A stretch of 64,000 bases of DNA from Escherichia coli (GTDB lineage Bacteria > Pseudomonadota > Gammaproteobacteria > Enterobacterales > Enterobacteriaceae): NCBI RefSeq assembly GCF_003334405.1, contig NZ_QOWM01000001.1. One strand, written 5' to 3'. The notes under the pieces are model-generated. The model was not told the origin of the DNA. It saw only the letters and a list, made by a program, of their open reading frames with translations, and ran no database searches. Positions 35,017-46,681 of the stretch are shown here, piece after piece (within the stretch, counting starts at the first letter, position 1; each line of letters begins with the position of its first letter). The position numbers were made by a program, and so were the translations under genes.

Positions 35017-36024
35017 ATGAGTCTGGATATCAACCAGATTGCTCTGCACCAGCTTATCAAGCGTGATGAGCAGAACCTTGAGCTGGTGTTGCGCGATTCA
35101 TTGCTGGAACCGACAGAAACCGTCGTTGAGATGGTGGCAGAACTGCATCGGGTCTATAGCGCCAAAAATAAAGCTTACGGCTTGTTTAGCGAAGAGAGTG
35201 AACTGGCGCAGACGCTGCGCTTACAGCGTCAGGGCGAAGAGGACTTCCTGGCATTTAGCCGCGCGGCAACCGGCCGCCTGCGTGACGAATTAGCGAAATA
35301 TCCTTTTGCTGACGGTGGATTCGTGCTGTTTTGCCACTATCGCTATCTGGCGGTGGAGTATTTGCTGGTGGCAGTTCTGAGCAACCTGAGCAGTATGCGC
35401 GTTAACGAAAATCTCGACATCAACCCAACCCATTATCTTGATATCAATCATGCGGATATTGTTGCGCGTATCGATTTAACCGAATGGGAAACCAATCCAG
35501 AGTCCACCCGCTATCTCACTTTCCTGAAAGGGCGAGTAGGGCGCAAAGTGGCGGATTTCTTTATGGATTTCCTCGGGGCCAGCGAAGGGTTAAACGCGAA
35601 AGCGCAAAACCGTGGGCTGTTGCAAGCGGTTGATGATTTCACTGCCGAAGCACAACTGGATAAAGCAGAGCGACAGAACGTGCGCCAGCAGGTTTATAGC
35701 TACTGTAATGAGCAGCTGCAGGCAGGCGAAGAGATCGAACTGAAATCGCTGTCGAAAGAGCTGGCAGGCGTAAGCGAAGTGAGCTTCACGGAGTTTGCGG
35801 CTGAAAAAGGCTACGAACTGGAAGAGAGCTTCCCGGCAGACCGTAGCACACTGCGTCAGTTGACGAAGTTTGCCGGTAGCGGCGGTGGCTTGACTATTAA
35901 CTTTGATGCGATGCTGTTAGGTGAACGCATCTTCTGGGATCCAGCAACCGATACCTTGACCATTAAAGGCACGCCGCCGAATTTGCGCGACCAATTGCAG
36001 CGCCGGACGTCTGGCGGCAATTAA
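35017..36024 (+). CDS. yejK: Nucleoid-associated protein YejK (NdpA)
   Basis: ORF 335 aa, ATG preceded by AGGAGAG Shine-Dalgarno sequence; matches YejK. Confidence 0.94.
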   Translation: MSLDINQIALHQLIKRDEQNLELVLRDSLLEPTETVVEMVAELHRVYSAKNKAYGLFSEESELAQTLRLQRQGEEDFLAFSRAATGRLRDELAKYPFADGGFVLFCHYRYLAVEYLLVAVLSNLSSMRVNENLDINPTHYLDINHADIVARIDLTEWETNPESTRYLTFLKGRVGRKVADFFMDFLGASEGLNAKAQNRGLLQAVDDFTAEAQLDKAERQNVRQQVYSYCNEQLQAGEEIELKSLSKELAGVSEVSFTEFAAEKGYELEESFPADRSTLRQLTKFAGSGGGLTINFDAMLLGERIFWDPATDTLTIKGTPPNLRDQLQRRTSGGN

Positions 36025-36042
36025 TCGGTTTTGTGTTCTGAA

Positions 36043-36077
36043 TGCCAGATGCGGCGTGAACGCCTTATCTGGCCTGC
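36043..36077. repeat. REP element
   Basis: GCCAGATGCGGCGTGAACGCCTTATCTGGCCTGC. Confidence 0.8.
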
Positions 36078-36116
36078 AAAAAATAGCAATACCGTAATCA
36101 GGCATAATCTGCAGAT

Positions 36117-36148
36117 ACAAAAAACCCCGCCGGAGCGGGGTTTTTTAC
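36117..36148. terminator. Bidirectional intrinsic terminator between convergent yejK and rplY
   Basis: AAAAAA-CCCCGC-CGGA-GCGGGG-TTTTTT. Confidence 0.8.
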
Positions 36149-36162
36149 AACTTATTCAGCAA

Positions 36163-36555
<393 letters not shown>

Positions 36556-36571
36556 TCAATCAAAACTACCA

Positions 36572-38332
36572 TTAACCGCGTAATTCGTGCGCCAGACGAA
36601 AACGACCTTCGTAATCGAACACTTTTTCACGCACCTGCCAGTACTGGCCTTTCATGCGGGCGACGACAAAATCCGGGTGTCGCAATAAGGCTTGCTGGGC
36701 GAGGATATCGGCGGCGGTGATCCAGCGCAGCGGGATGCCCGGTGTGCGCGTATGCGGGCGGATAAAAAGCTGCTCGAAGGCGGTACGCTGGGCAGGTGTT
36801 TGCAGACGGAAACGCTCACTCACATCCGCGCCGTCTTCATCGTAATAGGTGATTTTCAACCATTCGCCTTTCTCGTCGTGCCCATGTTGCAAAGACATGC
36901 CGCTACAGCGTAATACCAGCGCGTCTTTCAGTCGTAGCGCCGCTTTTAACATATCGTCCGGATCAACCAGTACGGTGTCACATTCGCGGCAGCGGCGGGC
37001 GGCAATATCGTTTTCCGCGTTACATTGCGGGCAATTTTTAAAACGGAAACGGAAGTCACATTGTTCGCGATGACCGTCGTCATCTTCAAACCATCCCTGA
37101 CAGCGACGACCAAAGTGTTCAATCAATGTCCCGTCGGCGGTCGTTTTCCCCCAAAAGGTGTTGGCAAAACCGCAGGCAGGGCAGAAAACCTGTACCGGAA
37201 CGTTGTCACTTTTGCCTTTTGGTGTACCAACTTCCGGCGCGTAGAGATCGTGAGGATTACCCGCATAATCAAGAATTAAGCAATCAGTCTTGCCCGGAGC
37301 GAGACGCAGACCGCGCCCGACAATTTGTTGGTAAAGACTCACTGATTCGGTAGGGCGCAGAATGGCGATAAGATCGACGTGCGGGGCGTCAAATCCGGTG
37401 GTCAGTACCGCGACGTTGACCAGATAGCGAAAACGCTGGGCTTTAAAATTTTCAATTAACACATCGCGCTCAGCGCCGGGGGTGTCGCCAGTAATCAGTG
37501 CTGCATCTTCGGCAGGCAGTAATCCCACAATCTCTTTTGCGTGTTCAACCGTCGCGGCAAAAATCATCACCCCTTTGCGCATTGCAGCAAACTCCATAAT
37601 CTGGCTGATGATGTGCGGGGTAATACGTTGTTGTTTTTTCAGCTCACGGTTGAGATCGGCTTCGCTGAACAGCCCGTTACTCTGTGCCTGCAAGCGGCTG
37701 AAATCGTATTGCACTACTGGCATATCCAGTCGTTCTGGCGGCGTCAGATAGCCGTGTTTAATCATATAACGCAGCGGCAGCTCATAAATGCAGTCACGGA
37801 AAAGGGCTTTCTCATCGCCGCGTACCATGCCGTGATAATGAAACTGGTAGATCCAGCCTTTGCCCAATCGAAAAGGCGTGGCAGTCAGCCCCAGCAGGCG
37901 TAAGTGGGGATTCACTTTTGTCAGGTGAGTGAGGATTTGCTGATACTGGCTCTCTTCATCGTCACCAATACGGTGACATTCATCGACAATCAACAGCGAA
38001 AATTCACCCTGAAAGGCATCAAGATTACGGGCGACAGACTGCACGCTGCCAAATACCACTTTACCGTGGCTCTCTTTGCGCTTTAGCCCGGCGGCAAAAA
38101 TATCGGCTTCCAGCCCCAGCGCCTGATACTTTGCATGGTTTTGCGCCACCAGTTCTTTAACGTGTGCCAGCACCAGCACGCGACCACGAGCCAGCCGTGC
38201 CAGTTCCGCTATCACCAGGCTTTTACCTGCGCCGGTGGGCAGCACGATAACGGCAGGGGTTTTATGACGACGAAAATGGTTGAGCGTGGCATCCACGGCT
38301 TCTTGCTGATATGGGCGAAGTGTAAAAATCAT
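36572..38332 (-). CDS. radD: Superfamily-2 DNA repair helicase RadD (YejH)
   Basis: ORF 586 aa; Walker A PTGAGKS, DECH box, C-terminal Zn-finger-like CxxC pairs. Confidence 0.94.
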   Translation of the reverse strand: MIFTLRPYQQEAVDATLNHFRRHKTPAVIVLPTGAGKSLVIAELARLARGRVLVLAHVKELVAQNHAKYQALGLEADIFAAGLKRKESHGKVVFGSVQSVARNLDAFQGEFSLLIVDECHRIGDDEESQYQQILTHLTKVNPHLRLLGLTATPFRLGKGWIYQFHYHGMVRGDEKALFRDCIYELPLRYMIKHGYLTPPERLDMPVVQYDFSRLQAQSNGLFSEADLNRELKKQQRITPHIISQIMEFAAMRKGVMIFAATVEHAKEIVGLLPAEDAALITGDTPGAERDVLIENFKAQRFRYLVNVAVLTTGFDAPHVDLIAILRPTESVSLYQQIVGRGLRLAPGKTDCLILDYAGNPHDLYAPEVGTPKGKSDNVPVQVFCPACGFANTFWGKTTADGTLIEHFGRRCQGWFEDDDGHREQCDFRFRFKNCPQCNAENDIAARRCRECDTVLVDPDDMLKAALRLKDALVLRCSGMSLQHGHDEKGEWLKITYYDEDGADVSERFRLQTPAQRTAFEQLFIRPHTRTPGIPLRWITAADILAQQALLRHPDFVVARMKGQYWQVREKVFDYEGRFRLAHELRG

Positions 38333-38480
38333 GGTCTCGCGTAGGTAGATTATTCTGCTAATAGTATGCCATGGATCTTTTTCCCTTGAGGGATGTTATT
38401 AGACCGCTATACTGGGCAGACAACAGTTCAGATTTTCGGGTCAATGCCCGACCTCCGTTTTTACAGGCAAAATCACACAC

Positions 38481-39176
38481 ATGCGACTTGATAAATTTAT
38501 CGCACAGCAACTCGGCGTTAGCCGTGCTATTGCCGGGCGTGAAATCCGCGGCAATCGTGTCACCGTCGATGGCGAAATCGTCCGTAATGCAGCGTTCAAA
38601 CTGCTTCCTGAACATGATGTCGCTTACGATGGCAACCCGCTGGCGCAGCAACACGGTCCACGTTACTTCATGCTCAATAAGCCTCAGGGCTATGTTTGCT
38701 CCACGGACGACCCTGATCACCCAACGGTGCTCTATTTTCTTGATGAACCGGTAGCGTGGAAACTGCATGCGGCGGGGCGGTTGGATATTGATACCACCGG
38801 TCTGGTGCTGATGACTGATGATGGTCAGTGGTCGCACCGCATTACTTCTCCGCGCCATCATTGCGAGAAGACCTATCTGGTGACACTGGAATCACCTGTA
38901 GCTGACGATACGGCAGAGCAATTTGCTAAAGGCGTGCAGCTGCATAACGAAAAAGATCTCACTAAGCCTGCGGTGCTGGAAGTGATTACCCCAACGCAGG
39001 TTCGTCTGACCATCAGCGAAGGGCGTTATCATCAGGTGAAACGCATGTTCGCCGCCGTGGGTAACCACGTGGTTGAGCTGCATCGTGAACGTATTGGCGG
39101 TATTACGCTGGATGCTGATTTAGCCCCCGGTGAATATCGTCCGTTAACTGAAGAAGAAATTGCCAGCGTCGTCTAA
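38481..39176 (+). CDS. rsuA: 16S rRNA pseudouridine(516) synthase RsuA
   Basis: ORF 231 aa, S4 domain N-terminus ([15 protein letters not shown]), catalytic GRLDIDTTG motif. Confidence 0.95.
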
Positions 39177-39203
39177 CTTTTCAATGACTTTCAGGAGCCC
39201 GTT

Positions 39204-40394
39204 GTGACCACCCGACAGCATTCGTCGTTTGCTATTGTTTTTATCCTTGGCCTGCTGGCCATGTTGATGCCGCTGTCGATTGATATGTATCTGCCCGCGC
39301 TACCGGTAATTTCAGCGCAGTTTGGCGTACCGGCGGGCAGTACGCAGATGACCCTCAGTACTTATATTCTGGGCTTTGCGTTGGGGCAGTTAATCTACGG
39401 GCCGATGGCAGACAGCTTCGGGCGTAAGCCGGTGGTGCTCGGCGGTACGCTGGTGTTTGCCGCCGCCGCGGTGGCGTGTGCGTTGGCAAACACCATCGAT
39501 CAGCTGATTGTGATGCGTTTCTTCCACGGGCTGGCTGCGGCTGCGGCCAGCGTGGTCATTAACGCCCTGATGCGCGATATTTACCCGAAAGAAGAGTTCT
39601 CGCGGATGATGTCGTTTGTCATGCTGGTGACAACCATTGCACCGCTGATGGCACCGATAGTTGGCGGCTGGGTGCTGGTGTGGCTGAGCTGGCATTACAT
39701 CTTCTGGATCCTGGCATTAGCGGCGATTCTGGCTTCGGCAATGATTTTCTTCCTGATTAAAGAAACCTTACCACCGGAGCGTCGTCAGCCATTTCACATT
39801 CGTACCACTATTGGTAACTTTGCGGCGCTGTTCCGCCATAAACGTGTCCTGAGCTACATGCTTGCCAGTGGTTTCAGCTTTGCCGGGATGTTCTCATTCT
39901 TAAGCGCCGGACCGTTTGTTTATATTGAAATTAACCACGTCGCGCCGGAAAACTTTGGTTATTACTTTGCGCTAAACATTGTTTTTCTGTTCGTGATGAC
40001 CATCTTTAACAGCCGCTTCGTCCGCCGCATTGGCGCGTTAAATATGTTCCGCTCGGGGTTGTGGATACAATTTATTATGGCAGCGTGGATGGTCATCAGT
40101 GCGCTGCTGGGGCTGGGATTTTGGTCGCTGGTGGTTGGCGTTGCGGCGTTTGTGGGCTGCGTGTCGATGGTGTCATCCAATGCGATGGCGGTCATTCTTG
40201 ATGAGTTTCCCCATATGGCGGGAACGGCATCTTCGCTGGCAGGAACCTTCCGTTTTGGCATAGGGGCAATTGTTGGCGCATTGCTTTCTCTTGCGACCTT
40301 TAACTCTGCATGGCCGATGATTTGGTCAATTGCATTCTGCGCAACCAGCTCCATTCTCTTCTGTCTGTACGCCAGTCGGCCGAAAAAACGGTGA
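39204..40394 (+). CDS. bcr: MFS efflux transporter Bcr (bicyclomycin/multidrug resistance)
   Basis: ORF 396 aa, GTG start, 12-TM MFS topology; matches Bcr. Confidence 0.94.
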
Positions 40395-40726
40395 TCTATT
40401 GCACAACGAGGAAGCTAAAAGGCTTCCTTTGTTGATGCATGTCAACCACAAATCTATCATTCCCCCGATATATGTTTATTTTATGTAAAATCAATTTATG
40501 TAAAAAGTCACATCATTGTAGTTAAAAAGATTGAGTTAGATCGCAGAAACGGGTACATATAGCCCCGCAAACGTGACCACGCCCGCAGATATTACTTAAA
40601 TCAGAGCCATAGAGGCCACGCAGGCGAGGCATCAATCTTTACGATCTGTATAAAGACGGATTGTTGATGATGTGTTAAAATTGATGTAAACAAATTGTGA
40701 AGTGAATGTGCTTCCGGGGAAAATAA

Positions 40727-41071
40727 GTGACTTCATTACAACTCTCAATCGTCCATCGACTGCCGCAGAACTATCGCTGGTCTGCTGGTTTCGCAGGTTC
40801 GAAGGTTGAACCGATTCCGCAAAATGGACCGTGCGGTGACAACAGCCTGGTGGCGCTTAAATTGCTTAGCCCGGATGGTGATAATGCATGGTCGGTGATG
40901 TATAAACTAAGCCAGGCGTTAAGCGACATCGAAGTTCCATGTTCGGTGCTGGAGTGTGAAGGTGAGCCGTGCCTGTTTGTAAATCGCCAGGACGAGTTTG
41001 CTGCAACATGCCGATTGAAAAATTTTGGTGTGGCAATTGCCGAACCCTTTTCAAACTACAATCCTTTTTAA
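40727..41071 (+). CDS. yejG: Uncharacterised protein YejG
   Basis: ORF 114 aa, GTG start ([18 protein letters not shown]...); function unknown to my knowledge. Confidence 0.88.
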
Positions 41072-41074
41072 GCG

Positions 41075-42664
41075 TCAGCTCAACGCCAGTAGCTGACGCG
41101 TATACTCCTGCTGCGGTGTGGCAAACACGCGCGCGCACGGTCCTTGTTCCACTACTTCCCCTTGTCGCAGTATGATAACCTGATGACATAACGCGCGGAC
41201 AACGTGCAAATCGTGGCTGATAAACAAATAGGCCAGTTGATGCTTTTGTTGCAATGATTTCAATAGCGTCAATATTTGCGCCTGTACCGTTTTGTCGAGT
41301 GATGATGTCGGTTCATCAAGTATGATCAGCGAGGGCTTAAGAATTAATGCCCTGGCAATCGCAATACGTTGTCGCTGACCACCAGAGAACTCCGCCGGAT
41401 AACGGTGGCGTGTTTCAGGATCTAATCCCACTTCATGCATCACGGCTATCACTTGTTGTTCGCGTTGTGCGGCAGAAAGCGTCGGCTGGTGAACCCGTAA
41501 GCCTTCCTCAATAATCTGCAAAACGTTGAGTCGTGGGTTGAGCGAGGAGTTTGGATCCTGAAATACCACCTGAATGCGATGACGAATAGGTAACAGCTGG
41601 CGGCGATTTAAATTTTGCAGTGGCTGACCGTCAAAGATGATGCTGCCCTGAGAATTAATCAGTCGCAGCAGCGCCAGTCCCGTCGTACTTTTCCCGGAAC
41701 CGGACTCGCCCACTAAACCCAGTGTTTCACCCGCTCGTAGCGTAAAACTGATGTTTTTCACCACCACATTATGATCCACAATGCGCTTCAAAATCCCTTT
41801 GCGAATGGGGAAGGCAACCTGAAGCTGTTCAACATCCAGCAACGTTGAGGCAGGTTCTGGCAACGGCACTGGATCGCCTGACGGTTCACTGTTGAGTAGC
41901 TTTTGTGTGTAAGGATGAGTGGGTGATGCAAATAGCGTAGCGGCGTAATTTTGCTCGACACAGCGACCGTTTTGCATTACCGCCACGCGGTGGGCCAGTT
42001 TTCTGACAATGCTGAGGTTATGAGTAATAAACAGCATGCCCATATTCAGCTCGCCTTGCAGTTCGCGCAACAGCTGTAAAATCTGCGCCTGGACAGAGAC
42101 GTCCAGTGCGGTGGTCGGTTCATCGGCAATTAATAATTCCGGTCGCGTTAACAGCGCCATCGCAATCATCACCCGCTGCCGTTCGCCGCCGGAGAGCTGA
42201 TGCGGATAATCTGTCAGCCGTTTTGCCGCCTGGCGGATACCAACGCGATCAAGGCAGTTAAGAATTTCGCCACGAGCCGCTTCCCGACGCATCCCGCGGT
42301 GGAGTGAAAGCACTTCATAAAGCTGTTTTTCCAGGGTATGCAATGGATTTAACGACACCATCGGTTCCTGAAAAATCATGGCGATCTTATTACCGCGTAC
42401 ACCGCGCAACGTTTGATCGCTGGCGTGAAGCAGCGATTCGCCATGAAAACGAATATCGCCGGAGAGATATTCAACCGGCGGGGAAGGGAGCAGGCGTAAA
42501 ATTGACAGCGCGGTAACGCTTTTGCCTGAACCTGACTCACCCACCAGCGCCAGCGTTTCGCCAGCCTCAATCTGTAGTGAAACATCATTGACTACTGTAC
42601 GTACGGTTTGCTGATGGCGAAAACCCACCGACAAATTTTCAATCGCTAACAGAGTTTGCGTCAT
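41075..42664 (-). CDS. yejF: ABC transporter ATPase YejF (tandem ATP-binding domains; peptide/microcin C uptake)
   Basis: ORF track 41075..42712 trimmed to MTQTLLAIENLSVGF... (529 aa); two Walker A motifs GESGSGKS. Confidence 0.93.
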   Translation of the reverse strand: MTQTLLAIENLSVGFRHQQTVRTVVNDVSLQIEAGETLALVGESGSGKSVTALSILRLLPSPPVEYLSGDIRFHGESLLHASDQTLRGVRGNKIAMIFQEPMVSLNPLHTLEKQLYEVLSLHRGMRREAARGEILNCLDRVGIRQAAKRLTDYPHQLSGGERQRVMIAMALLTRPELLIADEPTTALDVSVQAQILQLLRELQGELNMGMLFITHNLSIVRKLAHRVAVMQNGRCVEQNYAATLFASPTHPYTQKLLNSEPSGDPVPLPEPASTLLDVEQLQVAFPIRKGILKRIVDHNVVVKNISFTLRAGETLGLVGESGSGKSTTGLALLRLINSQGSIIFDGQPLQNLNRRQLLPIRHRIQVVFQDPNSSLNPRLNVLQIIEEGLRVHQPTLSAAQREQQVIAVMHEVGLDPETRHRYPAEFSGGQRQRIAIARALILKPSLIILDEPTSSLDKTVQAQILTLLKSLQQKHQLAYLFISHDLHVVRALCHQVIILRQGEVVEQGPCARVFATPQQEYTRQLLALS

Positions 42665-42665
42665 G

Positions 42666-43691
42666 CTACACCGCCTTATTAGGATCAAATGCGTCGCGGA
42701 CGGCTTCACCAATAAAGATCAGCAAAGACAATAATATCGCCACCGACAAGAAGGCGGTGATCCCAAGCCACGGGGCCTGAAGGTTATTTTTCCCTTGTAA
42801 CAGCAGTTCACCGAGTGACGGTGAACCGAGCGGTAGACCGAAGCCGAGGAAATCGAGCGAGGTCAGGGTGGTTATCGAACTACATAAAATAAACGGTAAA
42901 AAGGTGAGGGTCGCGACCATGGCATTAGGCAACATATGACGCAGGATGATACTGCGATCGCTGACGCCAAGCGCCTGTGCCGCACGAATGTAGTCGAAAT
43001 TACGAGTACGTAAAAACTCCGCCCGCACCACGCCGACCAGACTCATCCAGCCAAACAAGACAGTAATTGCCAGCAGCCACCAGAAGTTAGGCTGTACGAC
43101 GCTGGAAAGTAAAATAATCAAAAACAGCGTCGGCATCCCCGACCATACTTCAATAAAGCGTTGTCCCCAGAGATCGACTTTACCGCCGTAATAGCCTTGT
43201 AGCGCCCCCGCCAGCACGCCCATCACGCTGGAACAGAGAGTCAGCATCAGGCCAAACAGAACCGAGATCCGCGTGCCATAGAGAATGCGTGCCAGCACAT
43301 CGCCGCCGTTGGCATCCGTTCCCAGCCAGTTTTGCCGGGAGGGTGGAGAAGGGAAGGGCTTATCGGTAGCAAAGTTGATACTGGTAGCACCAAAGCGAAT
43401 CGGTGCCCACAGTACCCAGCCGTTATTTTCCAGCCGTTGTTTCAGCCACGGGTCCTGATAATCAGCCTGACTTGCCAGCGGGCCGCCAAAATCGCTTTCG
43501 CTGTAGTTTTTCAATAACGGGAAATACCAACTGCCGTCATAACGCACCAGCAACGGTTTATCGTTGGCGATAAGTTCAGAACACAAACTCAAACCAAACA
43601 AGACGAGGAAAATCCATAACGACCAGTAGCCGCGACGGTTATGACGAAAACGCGCCCAACGGGCCTGATTGACGGGGCTGAGTCGCGACAT
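42666..43691 (-). CDS. yejE: ABC transporter permease YejE
   Basis: ORF 341 aa, oligopeptide-permease-type membrane subunit. Confidence 0.93.
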   Translation of the reverse strand: MSRLSPVNQARWARFRHNRRGYWSLWIFLVLFGLSLCSELIANDKPLLVRYDGSWYFPLLKNYSESDFGGPLASQADYQDPWLKQRLENNGWVLWAPIRFGATSINFATDKPFPSPPSRQNWLGTDANGGDVLARILYGTRISVLFGLMLTLCSSVMGVLAGALQGYYGGKVDLWGQRFIEVWSGMPTLFLIILLSSVVQPNFWWLLAITVLFGWMSLVGVVRAEFLRTRNFDYIRAAQALGVSDRSIILRHMLPNAMVATLTFLPFILCSSITTLTSLDFLGFGLPLGSPSLGELLLQGKNNLQAPWLGITAFLSVAILLSLLIFIGEAVRDAFDPNKAV

Positions 43692-44785
43692 TAACGTCCC
43701 TCAAAATCAATACGCGGATCAACCAGCGTATAGCTGATATCACTGACAATATTCAGCAGCAGGCCAATCAGGGTGAAAATATACAAGGTACCAAACATTA
43801 CAGGATAATCGCGCGAGACGGTCGCTTCGTAGCCCAGTAAGCCCAGACCATTGAGTGAAAACATCACCTCAATCAGCAGCGAGCCGGTAAAAAACATGCT
43901 GATAAACGTCGCCGGAAAACCGGCAATCACCAGCAGCATGGCGTTGCGGAACACATGTTTCCAGAGAATATTTTTTTCACTTACCCCTTTCGCACGCGCG
44001 GTCACCACGTATTGCTTGCGCACTTCATCAAGGAATGAGTTTTTTGTCAGCATGGTCAGCGCCGCAAAGCCACCAATCACTGTCGCCAGCACCGGCAGCG
44101 TGATATGCCACAGATAATCGGTGATTTTCTGATACCACGGCAGCGAATCAAAGTTAGCGGAAACCAGGCCGCGTAGAGGGAACAGGTCGAAATAGCTGCC
44201 GCCCGCGAAGAAGACAATCAGCAGGATGGCAAACAAAAAGGCCGGAATGGCGTAGCCGATGATGATAAATGCGCTACTCCAGACGTCAAAGCGGCTCCCA
44301 TTATAAACAGCTTTGCGAATGCCTAACGGAATCGACACCAGATAGATAATCAGCGTGCTCCACAATCCGAGGGTGATGGAAACCGGCAGACTGTCTTTAA
44401 TCAGCGTCAGCACCGAGGCGCTGCGAAACAGGCTATCGCCAAAATCAAAGCGGATGTAGTCCCAGAGCATTTTGAAGTAACGTTCGTGGATCGGCTTATC
44501 AAAACCGTAGCGATGAGTGATCTCAGCGATCACTTCTGGATCTAATCCGCGTCCGCCACGGTAATTACTGTCGCTGATATTGCCGACACCCGTTTGCGCA
44601 TGGCTGGCACGAACACCTTCACCGCCTGCGCCGGGTAATACTCCGGCATTACCAAACTCAATGGCGGCGATGGCCTGGTCGACCGGACCGCCAGGCGCAA
44701 TTTGCACGATGAAAAAGTTGATGGTGATAATCGCCCATAATGTTGGGATCACCAGCAACAGACGGCGAATCAGGTAAGCGCCCAT
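43691..44785 (-). CDS. yejB: ABC transporter permease YejB
   Basis: ORF 364 aa; stop overlaps yejE start by 1 nt. Confidence 0.93.
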
Positions 44786-46606
44786 CTACTCTCCCTGTTT
44801 GCTGGCGGACGGCAGTTTGGCCGCTTTATTGACGTCATACCACCAGGTATCGATACCGAGGCTATAGATGGGGCGCACGGCCGGCTGGGAGAATTTATCC
44901 CACCAGGCGAGACGGTCTTCCGCCATGTACCACATTGGCAGCATGTAATAATTCCACGTTAATACGCGATCCAGTGCTCGCCCCAACGGCAGTAATTTTT
45001 CTTTATTTCCCTGCGCGGCAATAATTTGGTTGATCAGCGAGTCGATAACCGGGCTTTGCACGCCGGGGGCATTATAAGTGGAATTGATATATTCCGATGA
45101 CCAGGAAATCTGTAAATCGGAACTGGGCCACGGCATCGCCCGCCATACGCGCGGCATCATGTCATAGTCGCGACTGCGCATGCGGTTAGTGATTTGCGAG
45201 TTATCCACCTTGCGAATGTCCATGTTGATACCCAGCCGTTGCAGGCTGTGCTGGAACGGCAATACCCACTGACTATTGCTGCTTGCGGGAAGCAATAATT
45301 CAAAGCTGAGTGGCTGACCCGTTGTGGCATTAACGCGTTGCTGACCCTTCAGCACCCAGCCCGCTTCGTTGAGAAGTTTGTCGGCTTTTAACAGGTTGTC
45401 ACGATCGTAGCCATCGCCTTTGGATACCGGCGGCTGGTAGATTTGTGTGAAGACTTCTGACGGTAGATCTTTTTTCATTGGTGCCAGAAGCACCAGCTCC
45501 GCGGCGTCGGGGTAATTTCTGGCCGCGTATTCGGTATTCTGAAAATAACTGTTCGTGCGACTCCAGGCATTGTAAAACAACGCCTTGTTCATCCATTCAA
45601 AGTCAAAGGCGAGAGTGATAGCTTCCCGGACCCGGCGATCGCTGAATACCGGACGTTGGATATTAAACGCCAGCCAACGCGTATCCTGGGCTGATTCGTT
45701 CTTTTGCTCATCTTTGATGATGTATTTTTTATCGAAATTTTTACCGGTATAACGCGTGGCCCAGTTTTTGGCGTCGTTTTCCATACGCAAATCAAAGGCA
45801 CCTGCTTTAAACGCTTCAAAGGCGACATTATCATCGAGGTAATAATCGTAGCGAATGGTGTCGAAATTCCAGCGTCCACGGTTTACCGGTAAGTTTGCTG
45901 CCCAGTAATCTTTCACACGGGAATAGACAATATTTTGCCCCATTTTCCAGGACGTAACGCGGTACGGACCACTGGCAAGCGGAGGCGTGGCGAGCGGGTC
46001 GCTAAGTTTGTGATCCTTCCAGTACTTTTCTGGAAATACCGGCAGCGAAAACAGACTCAGCATATCTTCTTTGCCGGGTTTAGCTAACTCAATGCGCACG
46101 GTTAACGGTGCAATGGCTTTGACGGTGGTGCCTTTGTAGACCAGACGAAATTGCGGCACGCCTTCGGTCATAAATTTTTGAAAAGTAAACTCTACATCGC
46201 GGGCAGTAATGGGCGAACCATCATGAAAACGGGCGCGCGGATTAATAGCGACCTCCACCCAGGAATAATCGTCAGCATAGCGTGCGCTTTCAGCAATCAG
46301 CGGGTAATAACTGCCTGGTTCGTCATCGGAAGTCGTAAATAGCGTGTCGTACAGCTGCTCGGTGCGTGCGCCCGGGTTGCCGCGCAGTGCATAGCGGTTG
46401 AAATTATCGAAGGTGCCGAGGGCTGACAACGTTATCTGCCCACCTTTTGGCGCGGCGGGGTTCACATAATCAAAATGGTTGAAATTAAACGCGTACCGGG
46501 GTTCGCCCAGCACGGCAAAGGCATAGCTTTCCTTGATAGCCTGCGCCTGCACACCAAAGGTGAACAGAGCGATAAACAGCAGCAGTATGCGCACAATCAT
46601 CTGCAA
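44786..46606 (-). CDS. yejA: Periplasmic substrate-binding protein YejA (family 5 SBP)
   Basis: ORF 606 aa with signal peptide; annotated start may be the Met two codons downstream. Confidence 0.92.
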
Positions 46607-46681
46607 CGGATTTCCTTTTACTCATCATTAGCCGCAATCCGGCATGCTTTCACTATGAATAATAAGGGACGTAAGCACACC

